DNA from: Planctomycetota bacterium
GTDB lineage: Bacteria; Planctomycetota; UBA1135; UBA2386
Assembly: GCA_965228735.1 (NCBI GenBank)
Contig: OZ245838.1
Coordinates: forward strand, 352,001 to 416,000
DNA: 64,000 nt
Direction of reading: 5' to 3'
In this document: positions 38,273 to 48,509 of the stretch, piece after piece
Numbering within the stretch: the stretch's first letter is position 1
Layout: the number at the start of each line of letters is the position of its first letter
Program-made: the position numbers and the translations under genes
Notes under the pieces: generated by a model
What the model saw: the letters and a program-made list of their open reading frames with translations, nothing else
The model's database searches: none
What the model was told of the DNA's origin: nothing

Positions 38273-40021
38273 ATGAAGCATCTCGCCAGCGCCGTCGCCA
38301 TCCTGGCCGCCAGCGGTCTCACCGCCCAATGCGGCATCGTCGCCGACCTGACCCAGGGCACCACCAACAACGGCAACATCGCCCATCTCGTCGCCGCGTT
38401 CGGCAACGAGCTCTACTTCCAGGGCTACTACCCGGGAACGGGCGGTGAGCTCTGGCGGTGGACCGCTGCGGGCGGCGCGCAGCTCGTCGTCGACCTCGCG
38501 CCGGGGTCCGCGCCGACCAATCCCGACCAGATCACGCCGTGCTGCACCGCCGCCGGCCCGCGCGTGCTCTACAGCGCGACGCAGAGCGGGCACGGTCGCG
38601 AGCTGTATGCCAGCGATGGCACCGCGGCCGGCACCGGTCGGGTCGCAGAGCTCATGGCGGGCTCGTCGAGCTCGTTGCCGACGGATCTCTGCGCCAGCGG
38701 CGGGCGCGTCTACTTCAACGCGCGCGACGCGTCCCACGGGGAGGAACTCTGGGTGTCCGACGGCACCGCGGTCGGGACCGTGCGGCTCAGCGACTTCGGA
38801 CCAGGCCCGCTCGATGGCCGCCCGAACGACATGTTCGACTTCGATGGTCGCGTGCTGTTCTCGGCCTGGACCCCGAGCACGGGGCGCGAGCTGTTCGTGT
38901 CGGACGGCACGGTCGCCGGCACGGGCCTGCTGCGCGATCTCGAGGTGGGGGCCGGCGATTCGGCGCCGCGCGAGTTCACGCGCCTCGGGGATCACGTCTA
39001 CTTCCTCGCCACGACGACGGCGAACGGCCGCGAGATCTGGCGCACCGACGGCACGCCCGCGGGGACCACGTTGCTGGCGGACCTGTTTCCGTTCAACTCC
39101 GCCGGACCCGTCGGTCTGGTCGCGTGCGGCGATCAGCTGTTCTTCCGCGAATGGACGGGCAGCAGCGGCGAGGTCTGGGTGACCGACGGCACCGCCGCGG
39201 GGACCGTGAACCTGACGGGGCCGCACGGCGTGACCGGGTCGCGCCTCACCGCATCCGCGACGCGGGTGTTCTTCACGGGCAGCAACGGCGCCGCCGGCAG
39301 CGAGCCGTGGGTGACGGACGGCACGGTCGGCGGCACGCAGATGCTCGGCGACCTGAGGCCGGGCAACGCTTCGTCGATGCCGCAGAAGTTCGTGGACTGC
39401 GGACCCGGCGTGGTCTTCGTCGCGCGCGTGACGACGCACGGCGAGCTGTGGTTCAGTGACGGCACGGCGGCGGGCACCTCGCACCTGTGCACGCTCGATC
39501 CGGGCGGCAGCGCCAACCCCGATCTGCTGACGATGTGCCGCGGTCGGTTGTTCCTGCACGCCTACAGCCCGAACTACGGGCGCGAGTTGTTCGGCATCGA
39601 CACTCCGGGCGCCAGCCGTGCCCTGCTCGGCGGCGGTGGTGCTCCCGACTGGCCGACGCTGACCACCGGCAGCGGCGGGGTCCCGGTCCTCGGTACGACG
39701 GTCGACCTGCAAGGGCACGGTCCCATCGGCCACACCGGCGTGCTGCTCGCGGGTGGCGCGGGGCGGCCCGCGCCGGTGCCGGCGGTCCCTGGCCTGATCG
39801 ATGGCGGCTGTGACTGGGTCGGTCTGCAGGCCGGCACGGCGGTGACCGTGGCGACGGTGTTCACGTCGAGTTACTCGGTGCCCTTCTCGATCCCGAACAA
39901 TGGTGCGTTCGAAGGCCTGGTGTTCCAGTTCCAGAACGTCTGGTTCCACCCGACCGCGACGCCGACGCTGCAGGTCAGCAACGGCCTGCAGCTCGTGATC
40001 GGGACGGGCGCGCCGCACTGA
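38273..40021 (+). CDS. Secreted ELWxxDGT-repeat beta-propeller protein
   Basis: GGAG RBS and signal peptide. Repeats ELYASDGT, ELWVSDGT, ELFVSDGT, EIWRTDGT, EVWVTDGT, EPWVTDGT and ELWFSDGT. Confidence 0.92.
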   Translation: MKHLASAVAILAASGLTAQCGIVADLTQGTTNNGNIAHLVAAFGNELYFQGYYPGTGGELWRWTAAGGAQLVVDLAPGSAPTNPDQITPCCTAAGPRVLYSATQSGHGRELYASDGTAAGTGRVAELMAGSSSSLPTDLCASGGRVYFNARDASHGEELWVSDGTAVGTVRLSDFGPGPLDGRPNDMFDFDGRVLFSAWTPSTGRELFVSDGTVAGTGLLRDLEVGAGDSAPREFTRLGDHVYFLATTTANGREIWRTDGTPAGTTLLADLFPFNSAGPVGLVACGDQLFFREWTGSSGEVWVTDGTAAGTVNLTGPHGVTGSRLTASATRVFFTGSNGAAGSEPWVTDGTVGGTQMLGDLRPGNASSMPQKFVDCGPGVVFVARVTTHGELWFSDGTAAGTSHLCTLDPGGSANPDLLTMCRGRLFLHAYSPNYGRELFGIDTPGASRALLGGGGAPDWPTLTTGSGGVPVLGTTVDLQGHGPIGHTGVLLAGGAGRPAPVPAVPGLIDGGCDWVGLQAGTAVTVATVFTSSYSVPFSIPNNGAFEGLVFQFQNVWFHPTATPTLQVSNGLQLVIGTGAPH

Positions 40022-40043
40022 GCCCGCCGCACTGACCCCGGCG

Positions 40044-40063
40044 GCCATCGAGTTCTCGATGGC
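40044..40063. terminator. Hairpin between convergent genes
   Basis: GCCATCGA-GTTC-TCGATGGC is a perfect inverted repeat. There is no U-tract. Confidence 0.4.
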
Positions 40064-40095
40064 GCGCACCGGCACTGATCTGGCGAGCACGTCGG

Positions 40096-42354
40096 CTACC
40101 GGACGACCGGAACCGACAGCCGTCGGGTGCTCTGGAACTGCACGCCGTCGAACACCCAGTCCTGGAAGTGCAGGGTCGTCGGCGGCAGCCACGCCGGCAG
40201 CGGGAACGGCCAGGACGCCGTGCTGCCGACCTGGAAGTTCATCGTTCCGAGATAGGCCGGTCCGGTGTCGACGAGCAGTCGGCAACCCGCGGCGACGGCC
40301 GGATTGACGAGCGGCTGGTCGGCTGCCGCCAGCGAGGCGATCAGGAAGTGCCCGGCACCCGCCGGTGCATGGGTCGCCGCGACGGACTGGAACGTCGAGC
40401 CGATCTGCTGGTTGCCGCCCCACCAGAGCTGCGCCGGGCTGCACCCATGGCCGGCGGTCGTCCACGGCGCCGGTGTCACGTACTCGAGCGTGCGGCCGTA
40501 GAGCAGCCAGGACCCGGGCCCGGTGCGGCCGCCGAACAGGAACACGAAGTCGTCGCTCGGGGCGTGGAACGCGCAGGCCGGCGCGGTGGTCGACTGGTTG
40601 GACAGGGCGCTGAGCGTGAACGGGCCCTCGGTCGGCTGGCCGTCGAAGCCGAGGCGATAGCCGAACGCGCCGTTGCTGGTCGAGAACAGCCGCCGGTAAC
40701 TGACCACCTGGTGGGACGGATCGTCGATGTCGATCGCGATGCCGGCCGGTTCGAGCACGCGGCTGGTGGCGCTCTCGAGCTGCACCGGGGGGTGCACGGT
40801 GCCGCTGGCCGGGTTCTCGAAGCGTTCGACCCAGAGCGCCGTGCCCGTGATGCCGCTGGTCGTCGGCGTGCTCGCGACGTCGACGGTGGAGAACAGCACG
40901 GTGTAGCGATCGCCGTAGCCGGTGATCACGGGACCGAGCTGATGGGAGGCGCCGCTGACACCGAGCGTGCTCGACCACATCGCGCCCGGGGCGTTGGCGG
41001 CATCGATCTGGATGCCGCGCACCCGCCAGTTGCTGCCGGGCGTGGCGTTCAGCGACTGCCACACGACGACCCAGTGCAGGCTGCCGACCTGAGTGATCGA
41101 GGGGCGCTCGGAGTCGACGTTCAACGGGCTGGTCGCGATGGGGGTGCCCCACGACGGGCTCGTGTTCGTGAGATCGACGGTGACGCGGTGGATGCGGCTC
41201 GTGCTCGTGTTGGCGTGGTGGCCGTTGTTCGGGATGTTGTTCTCGCGCTGGAAGACGACGAACGCAGTCGAGCCCGGGGTCTCACGGCCGCCGACGTCGG
41301 GACGCCAGTCGTTCTGCCCTGGCGGCGCGACCAGGTCGGTCGTGATCGGCCAGAAGACGGTCGTGCCGGGGGTCGGCGCCAGGCAGGTCAGGAAGCTGCG
41401 GCGGGGCGTCGCGCTGCCGGTGTAGCGGCGGTAGATGACCAGCCAGCGGTCGGCGCCGCGCACGTAGGTGCAGGCCGGCTGGTCGCTGTCGATGCTCGAC
41501 GACAGATCGGTGAACAGGCCCGACCGGTTGGTCCAGTCGTGGTTGCACGTCTCGACGTAGACGTCGTCGTCGAACTGCGAGGCGTTGCGGGTGTAGGTCA
41601 GCAGCGTCGACAGCGTCGAGCCCTGGCTCCAGCTGGCGATGTCGTTCGCCCCGAACGACGAGGAGCTCGTGGCGAGAAACGCCGGGCTCACGAGCGGGTC
41701 GAGCGTCACCGGCATAGCGGCGGTCGCGAGCCACTCGGCCGGGATCGTCAACGTGATCCGGCCGTTCGCGTGCGCGGTCGCGACCGCGGTGCGGGCGCCG
41801 TTGCCGTCGATCGCGAACGCGTGGCCGTAGCGCACGATCGGCGCCCTCGCGGCGTCGACGAACGTCAGCGCCTGGTGAGAGCTGGCGACGTCGTCGGCGA
41901 CCAGCGCCGAATCGACCTCCCCGGTCACGACGAGATCGCCGCTCGCGGGCAGCTGGTCGAACACGAAGGTCTGCTCGACGCCTTCCGTGCGCACGTCATA
42001 GGCCTCCGTGACGCAAGCGAAGCGATACTCGTAGCGCCAGGAGTCGTGCCAGTGGCGCGGCGTCGAGCCGGGATCGTGCAGCTCCGTCGCGCCGACCCGC
42101 ACCGAGGTCGTGCGCCAGGACCACGGCTGGTTGTGGGGATAGTCGCTGCCGAGGTAGGGCACGAACGTCAGGCCGTCGTGGAACGAGACCTTGTAGTCCG
42201 CGCCCGCCGCCCAGGAGCCGTACGCGACGCCGTCCAGCGGCGCGTTGCTGTGGATCGGGAACCGCGGCGAATCGAGCGCGGCCGAGGACGATTGCGCGGC
42301 GATCGCGCCGACCAGGAGGGGGATGGGGAGCCACTGTCGAAGGGAACTTGCCAT
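40096..42354 (-). CDS. Large secreted beta-rich protein, paralog A
   Basis: Signal peptide ..AIAA|Q. N-terminal YDVRTEGVEQTF..MPVTLDPL domain. Colinear with the next gene. Confidence 0.8.
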   Translation of the reverse strand: MASSLRQWLPIPLLVGAIAAQSSSAALDSPRFPIHSNAPLDGVAYGSWAAGADYKVSFHDGLTFVPYLGSDYPHNQPWSWRTTSVRVGATELHDPGSTPRHWHDSWRYEYRFACVTEAYDVRTEGVEQTFVFDQLPASGDLVVTGEVDSALVADDVASSHQALTFVDAARAPIVRYGHAFAIDGNGARTAVATAHANGRITLTIPAEWLATAAMPVTLDPLVSPAFLATSSSSFGANDIASWSQGSTLSTLLTYTRNASQFDDDVYVETCNHDWTNRSGLFTDLSSSIDSDQPACTYVRGADRWLVIYRRYTGSATPRRSFLTCLAPTPGTTVFWPITTDLVAPPGQNDWRPDVGGRETPGSTAFVVFQRENNIPNNGHHANTSTSRIHRVTVDLTNTSPSWGTPIATSPLNVDSERPSITQVGSLHWVVVWQSLNATPGSNWRVRGIQIDAANAPGAMWSSTLGVSGASHQLGPVITGYGDRYTVLFSTVDVASTPTTSGITGTALWVERFENPASGTVHPPVQLESATSRVLEPAGIAIDIDDPSHQVVSYRRLFSTSNGAFGYRLGFDGQPTEGPFTLSALSNQSTTAPACAFHAPSDDFVFLFGGRTGPGSWLLYGRTLEYVTPAPWTTAGHGCSPAQLWWGGNQQIGSTFQSVAATHAPAGAGHFLIASLAAADQPLVNPAVAAGCRLLVDTGPAYLGTMNFQVGSTASWPFPLPAWLPPTTLHFQDWVFDGVQFQSTRRLSVPVVR

Positions 42355-42380
42355 GTTCCCCGAGGTCGCGGCGCGGTTCG

Positions 42381-42406
42381 TTCTGACGCGAATCCCCGCC
42401 GCGAAC
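42381..42406 (-). promoter_or_regulatory. Upstream motif shared by the two paralogs (copy 1)
   Basis: Plus-strand TTCTGACGCGAATCCCCGCCGCGAAC matches 44743-44768 at 19/26 and lies 26 nt from the ATG. Confidence 0.4.
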
Positions 42407-42418
42407 TCGCGCGTCGAG

Positions 42419-44713
42419 TCACTTCACGACGGGCACTTCGAGCCGCTGGCTGGTGCGCAGCACGCTGCCGTCGAACACGAGGTCCTGGAAGTAGAGCGTC
42501 AACGGCGGCAACCACTCCGGCAGCGGAAAGCCCCACTGCCCGGCTGCTCCGACCTGCACCGGCATGGTGCCGAGCCAGCCGGCGTTGTTGCTGACCAGCA
42601 GACGGCAGTTGGCCGGGAACGCGGGGTGGGTCAGCGGTTGGTCGGTCGAGACCAGCGACACCATCAGGAAGTGCATTGCCGACGGGCCGCCGCCCGATGC
42701 GATGATGGACTCGTGCTCCGAGCCGATCAGCTGTCTGCCCCACCACAGCAGCGTCATCGACACGCACGCCGAACCGCTGGTCGTCCAGGGGGCCGGGGTC
42801 GGATAGGCGAGCGAATGACCGTAGACCGGATCACCGGGCGTCGGAGTGTTGACGCCGTAGCAGAACATCACTTCGTGCAGATCATCGTTGTACGTCGCCG
42901 CGACGCCGGTGGTGTAGTCGCCGGCACTGGTGTAGAGCTCGAACGGCCCTTCGGTCGGTTGACCGGTGTACCCCACCCGGACGCCAGCAGCGGTCGAGGG
43001 CGCCGGCGAGCTCTTGCGGTAGCCGATGCCCCAGTGCGAGGAGGTGAACAGGTCGACGGCGATGCCCGTGGCCGCGAAGATCCGGTCGTTGTCGCTGTCC
43101 AGCACGACCGGCGGATGTGTTGTGGATGGCTGCGGTTGCCCGTGCGGCCAGTCGAAGCGCTCGACGTACAGCCGGTTCCCCGTCACCAGGCTGTTGGCCG
43201 GCACGGCCGCGCCGTCGATCGCCGCGAAAGTCATCGCGTAGCGCCCGATGCGGCCATCGATCTGCGGCGCAAGCTGGTGTTGGCCGGTCGACGCGACTGC
43301 GCTCGTCCAGAACCCCGACGCCGTCCCTTGATTGCTGATCCGTCGAGCCAGCGCGTCCCAGTTGCCGTTCGGCGAGTTGTCGTAGCGCTGGAACGCGCAG
43401 ACCCAGGAGAAGTTCTGGCCGCCTTCGGCGCTGCGATTGACCGTGGGGCGCTCGTAGTCGCTGTTGCCGCCCGCGATCGCGAACGGCACGCCGAACGCAC
43501 CGCCGCCGGCGGCAGCGTCGAACAACACGCCGTAGACATCCGTGCTCGCAGTCGTCCCCCAGTGCGCGCCGGTGGCCGCGTTGTTCTCGCGTTGGAACAC
43601 GATCAGGGCGGGGCTGGCGGCCGTGAACGCGGTGCCGATGCCGCCGACCCGCGGGCGCCAGTCGTTGAAGCCCGGGGGCGGTGACATTCCGATCACGCTC
43701 GTCGACCACGTCAATTGGCCGCTGTCATGGACGTGACAGCGGAGCTGGCTCCGGCGCACCGCCGCGCTGCCGAAGTAACGCCTAAGAGCGATGACCCACC
43801 GTGCCGCGGGGCCGTCGAACGCGACGCTGGCGCCATCGCTGTCCCAGCTCGACGTGACGTCCGAGAAGATCACGAAGATGCCGTTGTAGTGCTGGTCGGT
43901 CAATCGCGCGTCGACGTCGTCGTCGAACTGCGAGGCCGAGACCACCGAGACCACGAGCGCCTGTTTCGCATACTTGTCGTAGGCGATATCGACCGTGCGG
44001 ATCGTCCTGCCGTTGTGGTAGATGACGGGGTGACGGGTCAGCAGCGGGTCGACCGTGACCGGGTACTCGGCCTGCGCGAGCCAGCTGGCCGGCACGCGCA
44101 GCCGGATCTCGCCGTCTTGGAACGCGGTCGCGATCGGGATCTTGTCGCCGGTCGCATCGACGGCGAACGCGGCGCCGTACTCGAGGATCTCGTCGCCGGC
44201 GTCGTCGCGGAACGTGAGCGGTCCGTGCGCAGCGCTGCGGTCGGCCGCAGCCAGCAGGGAGCCGATCCGACCGGTGACGACCAGGTCGCCGGTGGCCCTG
44301 GGCCGGCGGGCGACCACGAAGGTCTGTTCGAGGCCGTCGGTGCGCACGTCATAGGCCTCGGTCACCGCACCGAATCGGTACTCGTAGCGCAGTTCGTCGT
44401 GCCACTCGGACGGTTCGGCTGCCGGCAGCAGTTCGGCTTCGCCGACCCGCACCGACGTCGTGCGCCACGACCACGGTTGGTTGTGCGGATACTGCGATCC
44501 GAGGTAGGGGACGAACGTCATGCCGTCGTGAAACGAGGCCTTGTAGGTCTCGCCGGCGGCCCACGTGCCATAGCTCGAACCGTGATCGTCGTCGGCGGTG
44601 TGGATCGGTACGGGCTGCGGCGCGAGCCGCACAGGGGCGGAGAGCTGCGCTGCGGCCGGCCGGCTCAGCGCCGCGGCCACGGCGAGGATCGAAACGAGGC
44701 TGCGTGTCTGCAT
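42419..44713 (-). CDS. Large secreted beta-rich protein, paralog B
   Basis: AAGGA RBS then ATG 44713. Signal ..PAAA|Q. Shares FVPYLGSxYPHNQPWSWRTTSVRVG, NDWRP, VFQRENN and GQPTEGPF with paralog A. Confidence 0.8.
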   Translation of the reverse strand: MQTRSLVSILAVAAALSRPAAAQLSAPVRLAPQPVPIHTADDDHGSSYGTWAAGETYKASFHDGMTFVPYLGSQYPHNQPWSWRTTSVRVGEAELLPAAEPSEWHDELRYEYRFGAVTEAYDVRTDGLEQTFVVARRPRATGDLVVTGRIGSLLAAADRSAAHGPLTFRDDAGDEILEYGAAFAVDATGDKIPIATAFQDGEIRLRVPASWLAQAEYPVTVDPLLTRHPVIYHNGRTIRTVDIAYDKYAKQALVVSVVSASQFDDDVDARLTDQHYNGIFVIFSDVTSSWDSDGASVAFDGPAARWVIALRRYFGSAAVRRSQLRCHVHDSGQLTWSTSVIGMSPPPGFNDWRPRVGGIGTAFTAASPALIVFQRENNAATGAHWGTTASTDVYGVLFDAAAGGGAFGVPFAIAGGNSDYERPTVNRSAEGGQNFSWVCAFQRYDNSPNGNWDALARRISNQGTASGFWTSAVASTGQHQLAPQIDGRIGRYAMTFAAIDGAAVPANSLVTGNRLYVERFDWPHGQPQPSTTHPPVVLDSDNDRIFAATGIAVDLFTSSHWGIGYRKSSPAPSTAAGVRVGYTGQPTEGPFELYTSAGDYTTGVAATYNDDLHEVMFCYGVNTPTPGDPVYGHSLAYPTPAPWTTSGSACVSMTLLWWGRQLIGSEHESIIASGGGPSAMHFLMVSLVSTDQPLTHPAFPANCRLLVSNNAGWLGTMPVQVGAAGQWGFPLPEWLPPLTLYFQDLVFDGSVLRTSQRLEVPVVK

Positions 44714-44736
44714 CGTCCTTGTCGAGTTCGGCACTC

Positions 44737-44772
44737 CCGGTCTTCTGACCGGAAACCCCGTCAGAAACCCGG
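44737..44772 (-). promoter_or_regulatory. Upstream motif copy 2 and imperfect palindrome in the divergent region
   Basis: CCGGTCTTCTGAC-N10-GTCAGAAACCCGG (11/13 inverted match). TTCTGAC lies 29 nt from the ATG of paralog B. Confidence 0.45.
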
Positions 44773-44886
44773 AGGGGCCGACATCGACCGCGTGGGCGGT
44801 CTCGATCGTGGGCCCGTTGCGCTCGCGCGGGTCTCTGGCCCTGCCGGCGGCCCGCCCGCGTATGCTGGAGCCAGTTCGAGAATCCG

Positions 44887-47748
44887 ATGTCGCCACCGCC
44901 GGACCGTTCCGATGAAGCCGCCGAGCTGCCGCCGCCGGGCGGGTTGCCGCGCGACGACGGCGTCGGCGCCGCCGGCAAGTACGAGGTCTTCGGCCGGATC
45001 GGAGCCGGCGGCCTCGGCGTCGTGTTGCGTGGTCGCGACCCCGAGCTCGGGCGACCGGTCGCGCTGAAGTTCCTCAAGCGCGGTCACCGCAACGACCCGG
45101 CGGCGCTGCAGCGCTTCGTCGAGGAGGCCCAGATCGGCGGCCAGCTCGAGCATCCCGGCATCGCGCCGGTCTACGATCTCGGCGTCGAGGCCGGCCGGCC
45201 GTTCTTCGCGATGAAGCTCATCCAGGGGCGCACGCTGGCCGAGTTGCTCGCCGAACGCGACTCGGTGCACGCCGACCGGCGGCGGTTTCTCGACCTGTTC
45301 GAGGGGGTCTGTCAGACCGTCGCCTATGCGCACTCGCGCGGGGTGGTGCACCGCGACCTGAAGCCGGGCAACGTCATGGTCGGCACGTTCGGCGAGGTCC
45401 AGGTCGTCGACTGGGGGCTCGCGAAGGTGCTCGACCGGCCCGGCGACCCCGGCGCGCCGGGCCCCGCCGAGCCGGTCGACACCGTGCGCAGCGCGACGAC
45501 GGCTTTTGGCACGACGTCGGTTGCCGGTGAGGTGCTCGGCACGCCGGACTACATGGCGCCCGAACAGGCGCGCGGCGAGTCGGAGACCGTCGACGAACGG
45601 GTCGACGTCTACGGTCTCGGCGCCATGCTCTGCGAGATCCTGACCGGTCGGCCACCGCGGGCCGCTGCCGGCGCCCTCGCCGCCAGCGACGCCGACGCCG
45701 AGCTCGCCGAACTGTGCCGAGCCTGCCTCGCCGAACGGCGCGAGGATCGTCCGCGCGACGCCTCGGCCGTGGCGGCGCGGGTCGGCGGCTACCTGCATTC
45801 GGTCGAAGAGCGGGCGCAGGCAGCCCGTCTCGAGGCCGCGGCGCAGCGCGCGCGCGCCGGATCCGAGCGGCGGGCACGGCGTCTGACCATCGGGCTTGCG
45901 GTGAGCGTGCTCGCGACGGTCGCGCTCGGCGTCGCCGGCTGGCTCTGGCGCGAGGCCGAGATCCGGCAGCGTCGCGAGGCCGGCGAGCAGAAGATCCGTG
46001 CCGCGCTCGACGACGCGACCCTGCACCGCGGCCAGGGCAACTGGCCCGAGGCCGTCGCCGCTGCGCGGCGCGCGCGTGATCTCGTCGGCGACGATACCGG
46101 TGCGGTCGTGCGTGGCGCGGTCGTGCGGCAGGTCGCCGAGATCGAGGCCGCGGCCGCCGACGCCGCGGTCGCACGCGAGCTCCGGGCCGGAGCAGCGCGA
46201 CTGCTGCGCGCGCTCGAAGACGTTCGTCAGCCCGAGGGGGCTCGGGTGTACGAGGCCGATTGGGCGCGGGTCGCCGCCGACTACGAAGCGACGTTCGCCG
46301 CGGCCGGGCTGACGCCGTTGGTCGACAGTGTGACCGGCGCGGTGGGGGAGCTGCGCGCGCGCGGTGAGCCGGTCGCGCTCGCCTCGCATCTCGTCGCCTG
46401 GTCCAATGCCGCGGCGCTTGCGGGCGAGGATCACGCGGCCCGCCTCGTGCGGTTGGCCGACGAGCTCGACCCGGCACCCGCGCGCGTCGAACTGCGCCGC
46501 GCGATCGCTGGCGGCGACATCGTCCGCTTGCGCGAGCTCGCCGCTCGTGAGGAGTTCGCTCGCGGCGACCCGGTGTCGCTCGGACTGCTCGGCGCTGCAC
46601 TGCGCGCCGGCGGCGCCCACGCCACGGCGCTCGAGCTCTACCGCCGCGCGCAGCGCGCCGCGCCCGACGACTTCTTCCTCAACCTCGGTCTCGCGCGCAC
46701 GCTCTGGCAACTGGGTCGCAAGGCCGAGGCGGTGCGCTATCACCAGGCGGCGCTCGCGGCGCGACCGACCAGCACCGAGGTGCGTCACGAACTCGGCCGC
46801 ACGCTGCAGGAAGTCGGCGAGAACGCCGACGCCCTGCGGCTGTTCGACGACCTGCTGGCGCAGCGGCCGGACGACGGTCACGTCTGGTTCCATCTCGCCT
46901 ACTGCCGCGACCGGACCGGCGATGTCGAGGGGGCGCTGGCGGCGTATCGCGAAGCAATCCGGCTCGGCGAGGACGTCGCTGCCGCCCACGGCAACAGCGC
47001 GGCGATCCTCATGCGGCAGCGCGACCACCTCGGTGCTGTCAGCGAGCTGCGCGCGGCGCTGCAGCACGGGTTCGAGCTGCGCTACCACTTCGATCTCGCG
47101 CTCTGCCTCACGCGGGCCGGGGAGAGCGCCACGGTAATCGCCGAGTACGAGGCGCTCGCCGAACGCGAGCCCGACTTCGGACCGTGGCACTTGATGGCGG
47201 GTATGGGGCACCACTCGCTCGGCGAGATCGCGGCCGCGACGGCGGCCTACCGCGCCGCGCTCGCGGCCGATCCCGACGACCGGCACGGCACGAACTCGCG
47301 GGCCAGCAACCTGCTGGCCCAGTGCCTGCGGAGTGCGGGCGAGCTGCACGAGTCGCTGGCTGCGATCCAGAACAGTCTGCGCCTCGAGCCGAACGACTTC
47401 ACCGCGCTCCGCGTCGCGATCGACCTGCATCTGCGACTCGACGACCCAGAAGCCGCCGAGCCGTTGCTCGAGCGCTTCGTCGGGTTGCGGCCCGACGAAG
47501 CCGAGTCGCATGCCCGCCTCGGCAGGTTGCGGACGAAGCGCGGCGCCTTCGCTGCGGCCAGACCCGTGCTCGCGCGTGCGGTCGAGCTCGACGCCGAGCT
47601 CGGAGATGCGCATGCCGACCTCGGTCGCTGCCACGCCGAGCTCGACGAGCCGGAGGCGGCGTTGCGTCACCTGCGCCGGGCGATCGAACTCGGAGTCGAC
47701 GATCCCGAGCTCGCCGGGTTGATCCGGCGGCTCGAGGCCGGTCGCTGA
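44887..47748 (+). CDS. Membrane Ser/Thr protein kinase with TPR repeats
   Basis: [23 protein letters not shown] and [10 protein letters not shown] motifs. TM helix. Many TPRs. Confidence 0.94.
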   Translation: MSPPPDRSDEAAELPPPGGLPRDDGVGAAGKYEVFGRIGAGGLGVVLRGRDPELGRPVALKFLKRGHRNDPAALQRFVEEAQIGGQLEHPGIAPVYDLGVEAGRPFFAMKLIQGRTLAELLAERDSVHADRRRFLDLFEGVCQTVAYAHSRGVVHRDLKPGNVMVGTFGEVQVVDWGLAKVLDRPGDPGAPGPAEPVDTVRSATTAFGTTSVAGEVLGTPDYMAPEQARGESETVDERVDVYGLGAMLCEILTGRPPRAAAGALAASDADAELAELCRACLAERREDRPRDASAVAARVGGYLHSVEERAQAARLEAAAQRARAGSERRARRLTIGLAVSVLATVALGVAGWLWREAEIRQRREAGEQKIRAALDDATLHRGQGNWPEAVAAARRARDLVGDDTGAVVRGAVVRQVAEIEAAAADAAVARELRAGAARLLRALEDVRQPEGARVYEADWARVAADYEATFAAAGLTPLVDSVTGAVGELRARGEPVALASHLVAWSNAAALAGEDHAARLVRLADELDPAPARVELRRAIAGGDIVRLRELAAREEFARGDPVSLGLLGAALRAGGAHATALELYRRAQRAAPDDFFLNLGLARTLWQLGRKAEAVRYHQAALAARPTSTEVRHELGRTLQEVGENADALRLFDDLLAQRPDDGHVWFHLAYCRDRTGDVEGALAAYREAIRLGEDVAAAHGNSAAILMRQRDHLGAVSELRAALQHGFELRYHFDLALCLTRAGESATVIAEYEALAEREPDFGPWHLMAGMGHHSLGEIAAATAAYRAALAADPDDRHGTNSRASNLLAQCLRSAGELHESLAAIQNSLRLEPNDFTALRVAIDLHLRLDDPEAAEPLLERFVGLRPDEAESHARLGRLRTKRGAFAAARPVLARAVELDAELGDAHADLGRCHAELDEPEAALRHLRRAIELGVDDPELAGLIRRLEAGR

Positions 47749-47791
47749 CGGCGTCGGCGCCGCGGACGGCGCTGACGGCCGGCGCGCGCCG

Positions 47792-48421
47792 TCAGTCGAT
47801 CTCGGCGAAGACCGACTGCGGCAGCCGCTCGCGCAGCCGGCGCAGCGCCCGCGAGTAGCGTTGGTCGACCGCCGGCGCGGAGATTCCGAGCTGGTCCGAG
47901 ACCGCCTTGGCAGGCTGCTGCTCGATGCCGCGCAGGATGACGATCTCGCGGTCGTTCTGCTCGAGTTCGTCGATCGCCTGCCGCACCTGTTCGTGCAGTT
48001 CGCGATCCTGGACCCGCGCGGCGACGCCCTGGGTCTCGTCGACCGCCTCGAGGTCGGTCTCGTCCAGCAACGCGAGCACCGCGCCCTGCCGGCGCTGGCG
48101 CCTGCTCGTGAGGTTGCGAACCTGGTTGGCGATCGCCGTCGTCAGGAACTTCAACAGCACCGGCGTGATGCGGCCCTCGCGCGCCACGAGATCGGCGAGC
48201 CGCGGCAGGGTGATCATCCAGGCGCCGCTGACCAGATCCTCGGGTTCGACCTCGCGCCTCGCCCCGGGCCCGAGCCGGTATCTCGCCTGCGCCACCAGCA
48301 GCGGCTCGAGCCGCGCGACGAGCCAATCGAGGCTCTTGGGGTCACCGGCGATGGCGGCCCGAGCGTGCATCGTCGTGCGGGCGCCGGCGCCGTCCGGGCG
48401 GGTCTGAGGATCGCGCGTCAT
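47792..48421 (-). CDS. ECF sigma factor
   Basis: AIAGDPKSLDWL, VEPEDLVS and a region 4 segment DREIVILRGIE..QLGIS..RYSRALRRLR. Confidence 0.88.
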   Translation of the reverse strand: MTRDPQTRPDGAGARTTMHARAAIAGDPKSLDWLVARLEPLLVAQARYRLGPGARREVEPEDLVSGAWMITLPRLADLVAREGRITPVLLKFLTTAIANQVRNLTSRRQRRQGAVLALLDETDLEAVDETQGVAARVQDRELHEQVRQAIDELEQNDREIVILRGIEQQPAKAVSDQLGISAPAVDQRYSRALRRLRERLPQSVFAEID

Positions 48422-48509
48422 CGGGTTCCGAGTTGCGGCAGTCTATCCCGATCGGTGGTCCCCGGCCTGCCCGAACCCGAGGGCCGCGCCGGTCGCTGTG
48501 ACGCGGCGG

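Noticed and set aside
40011..40035. 11-bp direct repeat CGCCGCACTGA at the end of the ELWxxDGT gene
   Set aside because: The copies are 3 bp apart with no element between them, so this is a local micro-duplication rather than a target-site duplication.
47772..47795. CTGACGGC..GCCGTCAG hairpin between the kinase and the ECF
   Set aside because: It is GC-rich, has no U-tract and overlaps a stop codon, so it is too weak to call a terminator.
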